Assembly: GCA_022827725.1 (NCBI GenBank)
Contig: JAJEIJ010000038.1
Span: 13,324 to 77,323, forward strand
Length of the DNA stretch: 64,000 nt
DNA from: Acidimicrobiia bacterium
Lineage (GTDB): Bacteria; Actinomycetota; Acidimicrobiia; Acidimicrobiales; Bin134
Reading direction: 5' to 3'
The translations under genes and the position numbers were made by a program. Under the pieces are notes generated by a model. It was not told the origin of the DNA. It saw only the letters and a program-made list of their open reading frames with translations, and did no database searches. This document shows, piece after piece, positions 9,759 to 19,423 of the stretch. Positions within the stretch are counted from its first letter, which is position 1. Every line of letters begins with the position of its first letter.

Positions 9759-12700
9759 GCTCGCCCACCCTCGTTCGCCCCCACACTCTGGTTCGATACA
9801 CGCGCCAGGCTCTGATCTGGGGCGCCGCGCTCGGCGCGCTCCAGTTCATCTGGCCCACGCCGCCGGGGGTGATCGTTCAGGGCGTGGTGGTGGGCTCGCT
9901 CACCGCGCTGCTGGCGTTCGGCCTGTCGCTGGTGTACAAGACGAACGGGATCATCAATTTCGCCCAGGCCGACCTGGGCGTAGTTCCGGCCACGGTTGGC
10001 CTGTCGCTGCTCAGGGACTGGGACTGGCCGTACTTCGTCGTCCTCCCGATCACCATCGTGGTCGCCATGGCACTGGGCTCGGCGGTGGAATTCCTCGTGA
10101 TCCGCCGATTCTGGAAGGCGCCGCGGATCATCCTCAGCGTCGCCACCATCGGGCTCGCCCAGCTTCTGCTGGGTATCGGCTTCTACATCCCGACGCTCTT
10201 CAGCGACGAGGACGGATTGGCGCTCCTTCGCTTCCCGAGATTCAACCCGCCCATCGACTTCACCTTCGAGATTGATCCGATCGTGTTCACAGTCAACGAC
10301 CTGTTGGCGATGATCATCGTGCCCGTCACCATCTTCGGCCTCATGGCGTTCCTCAACCGCACCGACGTGGGAACCGCGGTGAGAGCCAGTGCCCAGAGTC
10401 GGGACCGCGCCTCGCTGGTGGGCATCGACGTGCGGGGAACCCAGAATGTGGTGTGGATCATCGCCGCGGTGCTGGCCGCGGTGGCCATGGTGCTGCGGGC
10501 GGGGATGTTCGGACTCCCGCTCGGCCCTGCTTTCGGGCCTGCCATCCTCCTGCGGGCACTTGCCGTGGCGGTGATGGGGAGGATGGAGAACTACTCGGTG
10601 ATGTTCGTGGGTGCCACGTTTCTCGGTGTGCTGGAGACGGCCATCATCTGGAACGAGGACACCGCAGCGCTGATCGACCCGGCACTGTTCGTGATTGTCG
10701 TCGTCGTGCTCTTGTTCCAGCGGCGCGCCCGCGGCCGAGCCGAAGCCCAGGCCGAGGGGTCGTGGGTGGAGGCCGCGTCGGTGAAGAAGATCCCCCGCAA
10801 GCTGGCCTCGCTCCCAGAGGTGCAATGGGGTGGATGGCTGGCCAAGCTCGCCATGATCGCCGTGCTGGCATGGCTGCCGCTCACCCTCGGCGACTCCGAC
10901 ACCAACTTTGCGGCGGCGGTCATGATCTACGGAATCATCGCCGTGAGCATGGTGATCCTCACCGGCTGGTCAGGAGAGATCAGCCTCGGCCATATGGGCT
11001 TCGTCGCCATCGGCGCGGCCACAGGGGCGGTGGTGAACGTGCACTACCAGTGGGACCTCACCCTCACGCTGGTGCTGGCTGGGGTATTCGGGGCGGTGGC
11101 GTCGATAATCGTCGGACTGCCCGCCCTGCGCATTCGAGGGCTGTTCTTGGCGGTGACCACCCTTGCCTTCTCGGTGGCGACGGCATCGTTCCTCCTCGAC
11201 GAAGACCGGTTCACCTTCTTGCCCGACAACATCGGCGAACGGGTCACCCGGCTGCCTCTTCTGGGACGGATCGACGTGTCGAGCGAGCACGCCTTTTACT
11301 ACGTGTGCCTCGCCGCGCTCATCGCGGTGATCTGGACGGTGGGGCGGCTGGAGGCAACCCGCACGGCGCGGGTGTTGCGGGCGGCGCGCGACAACGAGAG
11401 CAACGCCCAGGCGTTCGGCGTGAACCTGACCCGGACAAAGCTGATGGCGTTCGCCATCTCGGGCTTCTACGCCTCGTTGGCCGGAGGTCTGTTCACGCTG
11501 CACCAGCAGGCGCTGGGCCAGGGCTCGTTCTCGCCGGCGGAGAGCATCCGGATTCTCACTATGGTGGTGATCGGCGGCCTCGGGTCGGTGCCGGGCGCCA
11601 TCCTCGGCGCGGTCTTCCTCCAGGGCACCGAGTTCTTCAGCGACGACATCCCCGCCGACATCCGGCCGCTGTGGTTGTTCGCCAGCAGCGGTGTCGGCCT
11701 GCTGGTGGTGTTGATGTTCCTGCGCGAGGGCCTCGGCGGGCTGCTGTACGAGGTGCGTCGGCGTCTGCTGGCCATTGTGGCCTTCCGCCGCCAGATCCCG
11801 GTCCCCAATCTGTTCGCCGACCAGCGCATCGACGACCACGGCGAGACCGGCGGGATCGGGCCCTCGGAGCCGGTAACCGTGTCGAGATCGCCTCGACGCG
11901 ACGCCGAGGGCGTGTTCCGCTATCTGCCGAGCAAGCAGGCGCCGCCCACCGACTACTTCTCGTTCCCCGACATCCTCCTGGGCGACGACAACGACGACTC
12001 TCTGCTGAGCGTGAGGTCGATCGATGTGTCGTACGGGCCGGTGCAGGTGTTGTTCGGCGTCAACATCGAGGTGGCCGAGGGCGATTTCGTGGCGCTGCTG
12101 GGGACCAATGGCGCAGGGAAGTCCACCGTGCTGCGGGCGGTGTCCGGGCTGTCGGTGGCCAGCGGCGGGTCGGTGTCGTTCGAGGGGGCCGACATCACCA
12201 CGATGGCGCCGCACCGGATCGCCGCGTTGGGAATCGCCCAGGTCCCCGGCGGCCGGGCTGTGTTCGGCTCCCTCACCGTGGCCGAGAACATAGCCCTGGG
12301 CGGATGGCTGCACCGCCGCAACAAACAGCACATGGAGCAGGAGACCGCCCGGGTGCTCGAGGTGTTTCCGGGCCTGGGGGAGAAGCTGAACGAGCCGGCC
12401 GCCAACCTGTCCGGCGGCCAGCAGCACATGCTCGGCGTGGCAATGGCGCTCATGGCCAGTCCCCGGATCCTCCTCATCGACGAGCTGTCGCTGGGCCTTG
12501 CCCCCGCGGTGGTGGAGCAACTCCTCGAAGTGGTGCGGGCCTTGAACGACGACGGGGTCACGATCGTGGTGGTGGAGCAGTCGGTGAACGTGGCGTTGGC
12601 GATCGCGGAGACGGCGTTCTTCATGGAGAAGGGCGAGGTCCGCTTCCGGGGGCCCGCCAGCGACCTCTTGGAGCGCGACGACGTTGTCCGCTCGGTGTTC

Positions 12701-13600
12701 TTGGGCGGAGCCGCGGTCCGCGCTTCGCAGCGCCAGCGTCCGATTGGCGCCCTCGTCGGGGCCACCGCCGCGCCGCGGCTCGAGATCGAGGGCCTGTCCA
12801 AGTCGTTCGCCGGCAACCGGGCGGTGGACCGGGTCTCGCTTCGAGTGGGGGAGGGAGAGATAGTGGGCCTCATCGGGCCGAACGGCGCGGGGAAGACCAC
12901 GGTGTTCGAGTTGATCACGGGCTTCCAGACCCCCGACGAGGGTCGGGTGCTGCTTGACGGGCGCGACATCACCCGCCTCTCACCCGACCGCCGGTCCCGG
13001 CTGGGGCTCGGGCACTCGTTCCAGGACTCCCGGCTCTTCGGATCGCTCACCGTGGAGGATGTGTTGAAGGTGGCCCTCGACCAGACCATGGCCACCCGCG
13101 ATCCCGTGGCCGCCGCCCTCGGCTTCCCCGACATCCGCCGGGCCGAGGACCGCCTCCAGCGCCAGGTAGACGAGCTGATCGAAGGACTCGGGCTAGATGC
13201 CTACCGCGAGAAGTTCGTGTCGGAGCTCTCCACTGGAACCCGGCGGATCGTGGATCTCGCCTGCCAGACATTGGGCGCGCCCCGCGTAATCCTCTTCGAC
13301 GAGCCCTCTTCGGGCATCGCCCAGCGGGAGGCGGAGGCGCTCGGGCCGATGCTGGAGCAGATCCGAGACAACACCGGCGCCAGCCTCTTGGTGATCGATC
13401 ACGACATGGCGGTGCTGGCGTCGATCTGCGACCGGATGGTGGCCCTCGACCTCGGGGTCCAAGTGGCCGAGGGCGCGGTGAGCGAGGTCCTTGAGGATCC
13501 CACGGTAGTCGCCTCCTACCTCGGCGGGTCCCGCGCTGCAATCCAGCGATCTAACGGGGGGCCCGAGAGCCCTGATCCCGACCTCAGCAGGGCGACATGA
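9755..13600 (+). CDS. Fused branched-chain-amino-acid-type ABC importer: LivH-LivM permease domains + LivF-like + LivG-like ATPase domains in one polypeptide
   Basis: Single ORF 9728..13600. TTG 9755 is preceded by GGGAGGAG and overlaps the upstream TGA (TTGA). Two permease modules are followed by two NBDs: Walker A GTNGAGKST with LSGGQQ, then GPNGAGKTT with an atypical LSTGTRR signature. Confidence 0.85.
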   Translation: MSSPTLVRPHTLVRYTRQALIWGAALGALQFIWPTPPGVIVQGVVVGSLTALLAFGLSLVYKTNGIINFAQADLGVVPATVGLSLLRDWDWPYFVVLPITIVVAMALGSAVEFLVIRRFWKAPRIILSVATIGLAQLLLGIGFYIPTLFSDEDGLALLRFPRFNPPIDFTFEIDPIVFTVNDLLAMIIVPVTIFGLMAFLNRTDVGTAVRASAQSRDRASLVGIDVRGTQNVVWIIAAVLAAVAMVLRAGMFGLPLGPAFGPAILLRALAVAVMGRMENYSVMFVGATFLGVLETAIIWNEDTAALIDPALFVIVVVVLLFQRRARGRAEAQAEGSWVEAASVKKIPRKLASLPEVQWGGWLAKLAMIAVLAWLPLTLGDSDTNFAAAVMIYGIIAVSMVILTGWSGEISLGHMGFVAIGAATGAVVNVHYQWDLTLTLVLAGVFGAVASIIVGLPALRIRGLFLAVTTLAFSVATASFLLDEDRFTFLPDNIGERVTRLPLLGRIDVSSEHAFYYVCLAALIAVIWTVGRLEATRTARVLRAARDNESNAQAFGVNLTRTKLMAFAISGFYASLAGGLFTLHQQALGQGSFSPAESIRILTMVVIGGLGSVPGAILGAVFLQGTEFFSDDIPADIRPLWLFASSGVGLLVVLMFLREGLGGLLYEVRRRLLAIVAFRRQIPVPNLFADQRIDDHGETGGIGPSEPVTVSRSPRRDAEGVFRYLPSKQAPPTDYFSFPDILLGDDNDDSLLSVRSIDVSYGPVQVLFGVNIEVAEGDFVALLGTNGAGKSTVLRAVSGLSVASGGSVSFEGADITTMAPHRIAALGIAQVPGGRAVFGSLTVAENIALGGWLHRRNKQHMEQETARVLEVFPGLGEKLNEPAANLSGGQQHMLGVAMALMASPRILLIDELSLGLAPAVVEQLLEVVRALNDDGVTIVVVEQSVNVALAIAETAFFMEKGEVRFRGPASDLLERDDVVRSVFLGGAAVRASQRQRPIGALVGATAAPRLEIEGLSKSFAGNRAVDRVSLRVGEGEIVGLIGPNGAGKTTVFELITGFQTPDEGRVLLDGRDITRLSPDRRSRLGLGHSFQDSRLFGSLTVEDVLKVALDQTMATRDPVAAALGFPDIRRAEDRLQRQVDELIEGLGLDAYREKFVSELSTGTRRIVDLACQTLGAPRVILFDEPSSGIAQREAEALGPMLEQIRDNTGASLLVIDHDMAVLASICDRMVALDLGVQVAEGAVSEVLEDPTVVASYLGGSRAAIQRSNGGPESPDPDLSRAT

Positions 13601-16600
13601 GCAGGCTCGAGTCAATGAGGGAGCGGGCGGCCACCACCACCACGGCGGCGCGCCGGTCGCTGGTGTGGATGCTCCTGGCCTGCCAGAGGGGGCCGGTGCG
13701 AGCCGTGCTGGCGTTGATCGTGCTGCACAGCATCTTGACCCTCATGATCGCCCAGGCGGTGGTGAATCTGGTGGACAACGGCATCGTCGACCAGGCCGCT
13801 CCCATCGGGCCCTACGTCTCCCACATAGCCAAGCTGGCCGTGCTGAGCTTCATTGTGGGCTTCGCCAGCCGCCAATTGACGGCTCGGATCGGCTATCAGC
13901 TGGAGTACGACCTGCGGGCCTGGCTCTACTCCCGGGTGCAGTGGGCCGACCTCCGCATGTCCCAGCAGATGGCTACCGGGCAGCTCGTCACCCGGTCGAT
14001 GACCGACCTCAAGATGGTGCAGCGCATTATCCAGTTCCTGCCCTCCATCGTGACGCTGGCACCGGCGACGATCGCCCTGCTCGTGTACCTCGCGTATCTC
14101 AGCCCTCCCCTGGCGGTGATCGCGTTTCTGGCGCTGCCCCTCAACCTTTGGTTCCTCTCCAAGTTCCGGGTGCGCCTGTGGGGGCTGAGCTGGGCCGAGT
14201 TGAACGAGCGGGCCGAAGTGGCCACCGCCATCGACGAGCCCGTCCGCGGCGTGCGGGTCATGCGGGCGTTCGGGCGCGAGGAGCATGAGCGGGAGCGACT
14301 GGGGGCCACCGCGCTGCGGGCCTACCGCTACTCGATGACCCGGGTCCGGCTGCTCGCCCGCTACGACATTTTGCTCAAGGCCGTTCCCCTGCTCATCAAC
14401 GCGCTGGTGCTGGTGGCCGGCGCTCGGCTCATCGCTGCGGATCAGCTGTCGGTGGGGGTGTTCCTCGTCACGTTCCAGGTGGCGGGCTACGTCATCGCCA
14501 TCGCCCAGATCTTCGACGAGCTGGCCAGTTCCTGGCAATTCCTGCGCACTGCCCAGAGTCGGCTGGCCGAGGTGCTCTCGCTGGGCAACCGGCCCACCGA
14601 GGGGCGGCCCGCCGCCAGCCGCTTCGAGTCCGTCGAGCTTCGCGACGCGGGGGTCTCCTTTGGAGGCGTGGCGGTGATCGACCGTCTCTCGTTCGAGGCT
14701 CGTCCCGGCCAGCTCGCGGTGGTGAACGGGCCGCCTGGCTCGGGCAAGACCACGCTGGCCGGCTTGGTCGGCGGCCTAGTCGAGCCGACGAGTGGGGAGG
14801 TCCTGCTCGACGGGCGGCCCCTGGGCGAGATCGACGTAACCACCATCCGCACAATGGTGCGGGTCGTGGCTGAGGATCCGGTGCTGTTCTCGGGGTCGCT
14901 TCGCCAGAACCTCGACTTGGGGGCGGCGTGGATGGTGTCCGAAGACGAGATAAACGCCGCGCTGTACGCGGCGGGCGCCGACGACATCGTGGCCGGAATG
15001 ACCGACGGGCTGAGCACCCATGTGGGCGACCGGGGCCTTACGCTGTCGGGCGGGCAGCGCCAGCGCCTCGCCCTGGCCCGAGCGCTGGTGGCCCGGCCTC
15101 GGGTGATCGTGCTCGACGACGCCCTGTCGGCCGTCAACCCCTCCCACGAGATGGAGATCATCCGGCGGGTTGCCGAGTTCCTGCCCGAGGCCGCGATCGT
15201 GGCCATCACCCGACGCCCTGGTCCCGCCTCGATGGCCGACACCGTGATGCATCTCGGCCGACCCGCCGCTACGGACCTACCTGGCCCTGCTGCGGCCCAC
15301 GAGCAACCGGGCACCGGCGAGGTTGCCTCCGAGCTGATGGACGTTGTGCACTCGCTTGAGGTGAGCGAGGAGGTGCCCATCGTCTCCGACGCCCAATGCC
15401 GGGTAGACGCCATGCCCCGGGTGAGGTGGCTGGTGGGGATCACTCTGTTCACCCTCTTCGCCGTACTCATCCTCTTGGTGGTGAACTCCCTGGCTGGCCT
15501 CGGTCCTGAGATTCTCTTCGCCGAAGCCACCGATTCAGCCGTGGACGGCGAGACGAGCGCCATCTACGGGATCGGGCTCGCCGTGGTGGCCGTCGGGGTC
15601 GTGTTCGCGGTCAGCGGCTACTTCGTGAGGGTGTTGTCGATGAAGATCGCCCAGTCGATCGGGTATTTGCTGCGGCGCCGTATCTTCCACCGCCTCACCA
15701 AGCTCGGCATCGACTTCTACGACCGCGAGCTGCCGGGCGAGGTGGCCACCCGGGTGGTCAACGACCTCGACACCATCCTCGATTTCGTGGGGGAGAGGCT
15801 GTTCCGGTTCATCTCCAGCCTGGGCCGCTTCACCGTGGGGATTGTGGTGGTGATCGTCCTCGTGCCGCAGCTGACTCCCGTGATCATCGGCATCACCGCG
15901 TTGATCCTCGCCCTCACTGCCGCCCAGCTCTACCTGGGCATGCGTGCGTTCAATCGAGCGCGCGACGACCTCGGCCGCACCGTGGCCACGTTCGAGGAGC
16001 ACTTCGCGGGGCGCAGCGAGCTGCGGGGCTGCGGGGCGGTCGACAAGGCGAATCGCCGGTTCGTGGAGGATGCCTGGGAGCTGCGCCAGAGCCGGCGGTG
16101 GGCAACCTCGATCGCCAACCTGTACTCGGAACTCGTGGCATTCATCACCCACGTCGGCGGAGCGCTCATCTTGTGGGGCGCGGGCCACGAGGTGCTCGCC
16201 GGCACGGTCGCGGTGGGCACTGCCCTGTCGGCCCGACTCGTCGCCCAGCAGGCCCTTCAGCCCCTGTCGTACATGAGCTCGATCTACACCGAGCTGCTTG
16301 AGGCCCGGGTCTCCTGGCACCGCCTGGCCGAGCCGTTTGACACGCCGATCCTGCCCGCCGAACGGCCGGGTGCGACCGAGGCGGGGCCCCTCGACGGCGA
16401 CGTGACCTTTGAGTCGGTCGCCTTCGCCTACCCGCACACCACCCGGCCTGTTCTCGACGAAATCTCGTTCACGCTCCCCTCTGGAGCGGTGACCTGCCTC
16501 GTGGGGTTCACCGGAGCGGGGAAGTCGTCGATCACCAAGCTGCTCGCCCGGATCTACGACCCGACCGCAGGCCGGGTCCTCGCCGGCGGGGTCGACATCG

Positions 16601-17142
16601 CCGATTACGAATCGCGCTCTTACCGGCGGCGGCTCGGAATCGTCCCCCAAGACGCGTTCTTGTTCAAGGGCACCATCGGCTCCAACATTGCCTACTCGCG
16701 ACCCGACGCCTCACTTGATGAGATCGACCGGGCGGTGCGAGCCATCGGCGCCCACGATGTGCTCACCGCTCTCGAGGGCGGCTACGAGCACTCCGTGGAC
16801 GAGGAGGCACGCAACCTCACCGCGGCCCAGCGCCAACTGGTGGCGCTGGCGCGGGTGTGGCTCGCCCGGCCCGACATATTGGTGCTCGACGAGGCCACGT
16901 CCAGCCTCGACGGGCCGATGGAGGATCGGGTGCTCGAGGCGATCCGGGCCCTCGGGGTCACCACCCTCACCGTCACCCACCGCCAAAACGTGGCCGAGCA
17001 CTCCGACCTCGCCATCGTGCTCGAGGCCGGCCGAGTAGTCGAGATCGGTCCCCCCGATGAACTCATCGGGATCGGCAGCGCCTACGACCGCCTGTGGGCC
17101 GCGGTCGATGACGACAGCTCTGAGGTCACCGAAAAGGCGTGA
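13597..17142 (+). CDS. Full-length ABC exporter (TMD-NBD-TMD-NBD) in a single polypeptide
   Basis: 1181 aa. The ATGA overlap at 13597-13600 couples it to the upstream gene. NBD1: GPPGSGKTT, LSGGQRQR, Walker B VIVLDDALS. NBD2: GFTGAGKSS, degenerate signature LTAAQRQ, Walker B ILVLDEATS. Confidence 0.85.
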   Translation: MSRLESMRERAATTTTAARRSLVWMLLACQRGPVRAVLALIVLHSILTLMIAQAVVNLVDNGIVDQAAPIGPYVSHIAKLAVLSFIVGFASRQLTARIGYQLEYDLRAWLYSRVQWADLRMSQQMATGQLVTRSMTDLKMVQRIIQFLPSIVTLAPATIALLVYLAYLSPPLAVIAFLALPLNLWFLSKFRVRLWGLSWAELNERAEVATAIDEPVRGVRVMRAFGREEHERERLGATALRAYRYSMTRVRLLARYDILLKAVPLLINALVLVAGARLIAADQLSVGVFLVTFQVAGYVIAIAQIFDELASSWQFLRTAQSRLAEVLSLGNRPTEGRPAASRFESVELRDAGVSFGGVAVIDRLSFEARPGQLAVVNGPPGSGKTTLAGLVGGLVEPTSGEVLLDGRPLGEIDVTTIRTMVRVVAEDPVLFSGSLRQNLDLGAAWMVSEDEINAALYAAGADDIVAGMTDGLSTHVGDRGLTLSGGQRQRLALARALVARPRVIVLDDALSAVNPSHEMEIIRRVAEFLPEAAIVAITRRPGPASMADTVMHLGRPAATDLPGPAAAHEQPGTGEVASELMDVVHSLEVSEEVPIVSDAQCRVDAMPRVRWLVGITLFTLFAVLILLVVNSLAGLGPEILFAEATDSAVDGETSAIYGIGLAVVAVGVVFAVSGYFVRVLSMKIAQSIGYLLRRRIFHRLTKLGIDFYDRELPGEVATRVVNDLDTILDFVGERLFRFISSLGRFTVGIVVVIVLVPQLTPVIIGITALILALTAAQLYLGMRAFNRARDDLGRTVATFEEHFAGRSELRGCGAVDKANRRFVEDAWELRQSRRWATSIANLYSELVAFITHVGGALILWGAGHEVLAGTVAVGTALSARLVAQQALQPLSYMSSIYTELLEARVSWHRLAEPFDTPILPAERPGATEAGPLDGDVTFESVAFAYPHTTRPVLDEISFTLPSGAVTCLVGFTGAGKSSITKLLARIYDPTAGRVLAGGVDIADYESRSYRRRLGIVPQDAFLFKGTIGSNIAYSRPDASLDEIDRAVRAIGAHDVLTALEGGYEHSVDEEARNLTAAQRQLVALARVWLARPDILVLDEATSSLDGPMEDRVLEAIRALGVTTLTVTHRQNVAEHSDLAIVLEAGRVVEIGPPDELIGIGSAYDRLWAAVDDDSSEVTEKA

Positions 17143-17161
17143 GCTTGGCCGGGCAGCCTGC

Positions 17162-19003
17162 TTAGCGCTCGTAGCTCGGCGGCGTGTCGTTGGGGGGAAA
17201 TTCGTAGAGGATACCGATGGCCGCGTCCGGGTCGAACACCCTCGGCTGCTGTTCGGTCCACTCGCCGACTGCGTAGCGGCGCCCGTCGTCCACCTTCATG
17301 TATTCGCCGACCACAACGCGCCCGGTCGCCGTTGTGCGCTCGTACGCGGGGTCCCACCACTTCTCGGTCATGTCGTCGAAGCCGGTGTAATCGGTCCAGG
17401 GAAGCCGGCCCTCGCCAAAGGCCGCGCCTGGGCTCGTCACGCAGTCGCAGTACGACCCGAGCGACGGGGGCAGCACGAAGCAGCCTTCGGTGAAGCTCTC
17501 GGGGGTGAGGTCGGGTCCGGCCGCATGGAGGCACGACATGGGCGACTTCAGGGTCGAAAGGGAGAACCTCTCGGCCAGCGAGACCGGTTCCCGGCCGTGG
17601 TGCCACTCGAACAAGGCCGCCAGCGGGTTGGGCTGGTCGGCGACGCTCAACCCGATCGGACCCGGCCCGAAGGCGTGGGCCCACTGCTCCTGGTCGTAGC
17701 CGCGGGCGAAGAAGGCCGTGTCTTGGCCGCTGTAGCCGGTGATGATCCACTCTGGGAACCACTGCTGCTCGGTTGCCGCCGCGGTGATTGTCCTGGTGAA
17801 CAGGTTGTCGGTCCCGGCGATCACTGTGGTGACGCCGGCATCTTTCATCCGGGCGGCGATCACCCGGGCTCTCTCCTGTCGCTGCGTGTTCTCGGCACCC
17901 TCGTCGTAGCTCACCGCCTCCACGAGCTCGAATCCGTTTTGAGCGGCTTGGTCTTCCATGAAGTCCCTGCTCCACCGGTCGGTGTAGATCATCCCGATCC
18001 GCCGGGGTTCGCCGATCATGTCGTCGTCGCCGGCCCACTGCACTGGGTAATCGGCGACGCGCTTGCCGATGTACTCGGCCACGTGGAGCATGGTTACCCG
18101 GTCGTCGGCCAGGGCCGACCAGCGGAAACCGGGCTGGTCCTGGGTTTCCTGCCAGGAGACGCCCGTGCTCCACACGATCACTCCTCGGGCTGCCATCTCA
18201 GCCTCGAAGATGGCTTTCCCCTCGCCGGTGGTGGTGGCGTCGGTGGCTAGGAACGGTTGGAAGTCGTTCACGGCCTTGGTGGCGTCGGCTCTCTGGGCGA
18301 CCTCGGTTGATCCGCTCGCATCGATGAACTCGAGTCGGACCTGGCGGCCCCAGAACTCGAAGTTCTGGTTGAAGATGTCGGCGCCGTCCAGCCAGCCCCG
18401 GGGGATGCTGCCGACGTCGTTGACGAACTCCGTCTGGCCGGAGTCCACCCGCACCACCATGACGATTTCCTCGGCGGTAACGCCCGGGGCCGTGTTTCCA
18501 CCGTTGTCGGCACCCTCCGGCCATTCGAGGACGCACGGCGGGGCGTCCACGAGGGGCACCCGGATCCTCCCGGTCTCCGGGTCGCAGTGCGGGTTGGCCA
18601 GGGCTGTTTCGGACCCGATCCCCGGGAACTCGGGCTCGGGCGGCTCGGGCGGCTCGGTGGGCTCGGCGACGGCGGTGTCGTCGCTGGGTTCGGGCTCGTC
18701 AACGGTTGCTTCGGCGGTGTCGTCCATCGGCTCTTCATCCGCGGGCTCATCGGTCGCGGAGGGCGCGGTGTCGCCGGTGTCATCGTCGACAGCCGCCGGG
18801 GCGTCGTCCATCGGTTCGTCGTCCGCGCGTTCTTCGGCGGCCGGGGGCGTGGCGTCGTCGCCGTCGTCATCGGAGCCGCCGCCGGACACGACCAGCACGA
18901 TGATCACTACGGCGGCCACCACCGCGATTGCGATGTACCAGCGCAGGCGGCGCAGGAGGCTCTGTTGAGGCGCCGGTTCGGGGGTGTCTGCTGAATCGGA
19001 CAT
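17162..19003 (-). CDS. Membrane-anchored type-I periplasmic binding protein (Leu/Ile/Val-binding-like) with long acidic Pro-rich linker
   Basis: 613 aa. One N-terminal TM helix, about 110 aa of D/E/P/A-rich linker with repeated DEPxDD units, then a LivK-like binding-protein body. Confidence 0.7.
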   Translation of the reverse strand: MSDSADTPEPAPQQSLLRRLRWYIAIAVVAAVVIIVLVVSGGGSDDDGDDATPPAAEERADDEPMDDAPAAVDDDTGDTAPSATDEPADEEPMDDTAEATVDEPEPSDDTAVAEPTEPPEPPEPEFPGIGSETALANPHCDPETGRIRVPLVDAPPCVLEWPEGADNGGNTAPGVTAEEIVMVVRVDSGQTEFVNDVGSIPRGWLDGADIFNQNFEFWGRQVRLEFIDASGSTEVAQRADATKAVNDFQPFLATDATTTGEGKAIFEAEMAARGVIVWSTGVSWQETQDQPGFRWSALADDRVTMLHVAEYIGKRVADYPVQWAGDDDMIGEPRRIGMIYTDRWSRDFMEDQAAQNGFELVEAVSYDEGAENTQRQERARVIAARMKDAGVTTVIAGTDNLFTRTITAAATEQQWFPEWIITGYSGQDTAFFARGYDQEQWAHAFGPGPIGLSVADQPNPLAALFEWHHGREPVSLAERFSLSTLKSPMSCLHAAGPDLTPESFTEGCFVLPPSLGSYCDCVTSPGAAFGEGRLPWTDYTGFDDMTEKWWDPAYERTTATGRVVVGEYMKVDDGRRYAVGEWTEQQPRVFDPDAAIGILYEFPPNDTPPSYER

Positions 19004-19045
19004 GAGGTGGGCTCCTCTCGATAGCTCAGGTCAGTTCTAGGTCGG

Positions 19046-19423
19046 TCACTCCTGCGGTGCGTTTGGCACAATCAGGTACTCGTCGAATCGGGTGATCCGC
19101 CCGTCGGCGACCAGGGCCACCAGACACCCCGGTATCTCGATCGGGTTGCCCTGGGTGTTGGCCAGGCGGATCACGAACTGGCGCACGAAGCCGTGGTCGG
19201 TGACATGGCGGCGCACTTCGTCGAGCGTCATGTCAACGTTCTCGGCCTCCCACTTGGCCCCGGTGACCAGAGAGTCGACGGTTAGGTCCCGGCCTCCAAA
19301 GGAGCTGCTCCACCCCTCGAAGTCGGGGGCGAGGACCTCACGGATGCCGTCTTCATCGGCGGCGGCGTAGACGGCGAAGAACCGGTCGGCCACCGCATCA
19401 ATGCTGGCCTGGTCGGTCGTCAT
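19046..19423 (-). CDS. SnoaL-like / NTF2-fold protein
   Basis: 125 aa with a size and pattern typical of the SnoaL/NTF2 family. The start overlaps the BVMO stop as ATGA (19420-19423). Confidence 0.6.
   Translation of the reverse strand: MTTDQASIDAVADRFFAVYAAADEDGIREVLAPDFEGWSSSFGGRDLTVDSLVTGAKWEAENVDMTLDEVRRHVTDHGFVRQFVIRLANTQGNPIEIPGCLVALVADGRITRFDEYLIVPNAPQE

Noticed and set aside
9467-12520. Long minus-strand ORFs (9467..10825, 452 aa; 10970..12520, 516 aa) antisense to the transporter
   Set aside because: These are low-complexity, His/Arg/Asp/Gly-rich antisense shadows with no family resemblance.
10453-12957. 834-aa + strand ORF overlapping the fused Liv-type transporter in another frame
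   Set aside because: Its Arg/Gly/Pro/His-rich composition has no recognisable motifs. It is a typical off-frame shadow ORF in high-GC DNA. The 9755..13600 frame carries all permease and ABC motifs.
17057-18968. + strand ORFs (17057..18250, 397 aa; 18063..18968, 301 aa) and the alternative minus-frame ORF 17082..18173
   Set aside because: They overlap the 613-aa binding-protein gene. They are compositionally biased and lack motifs, whereas the 17162..19003 frame has a TM anchor and a binding-protein body.
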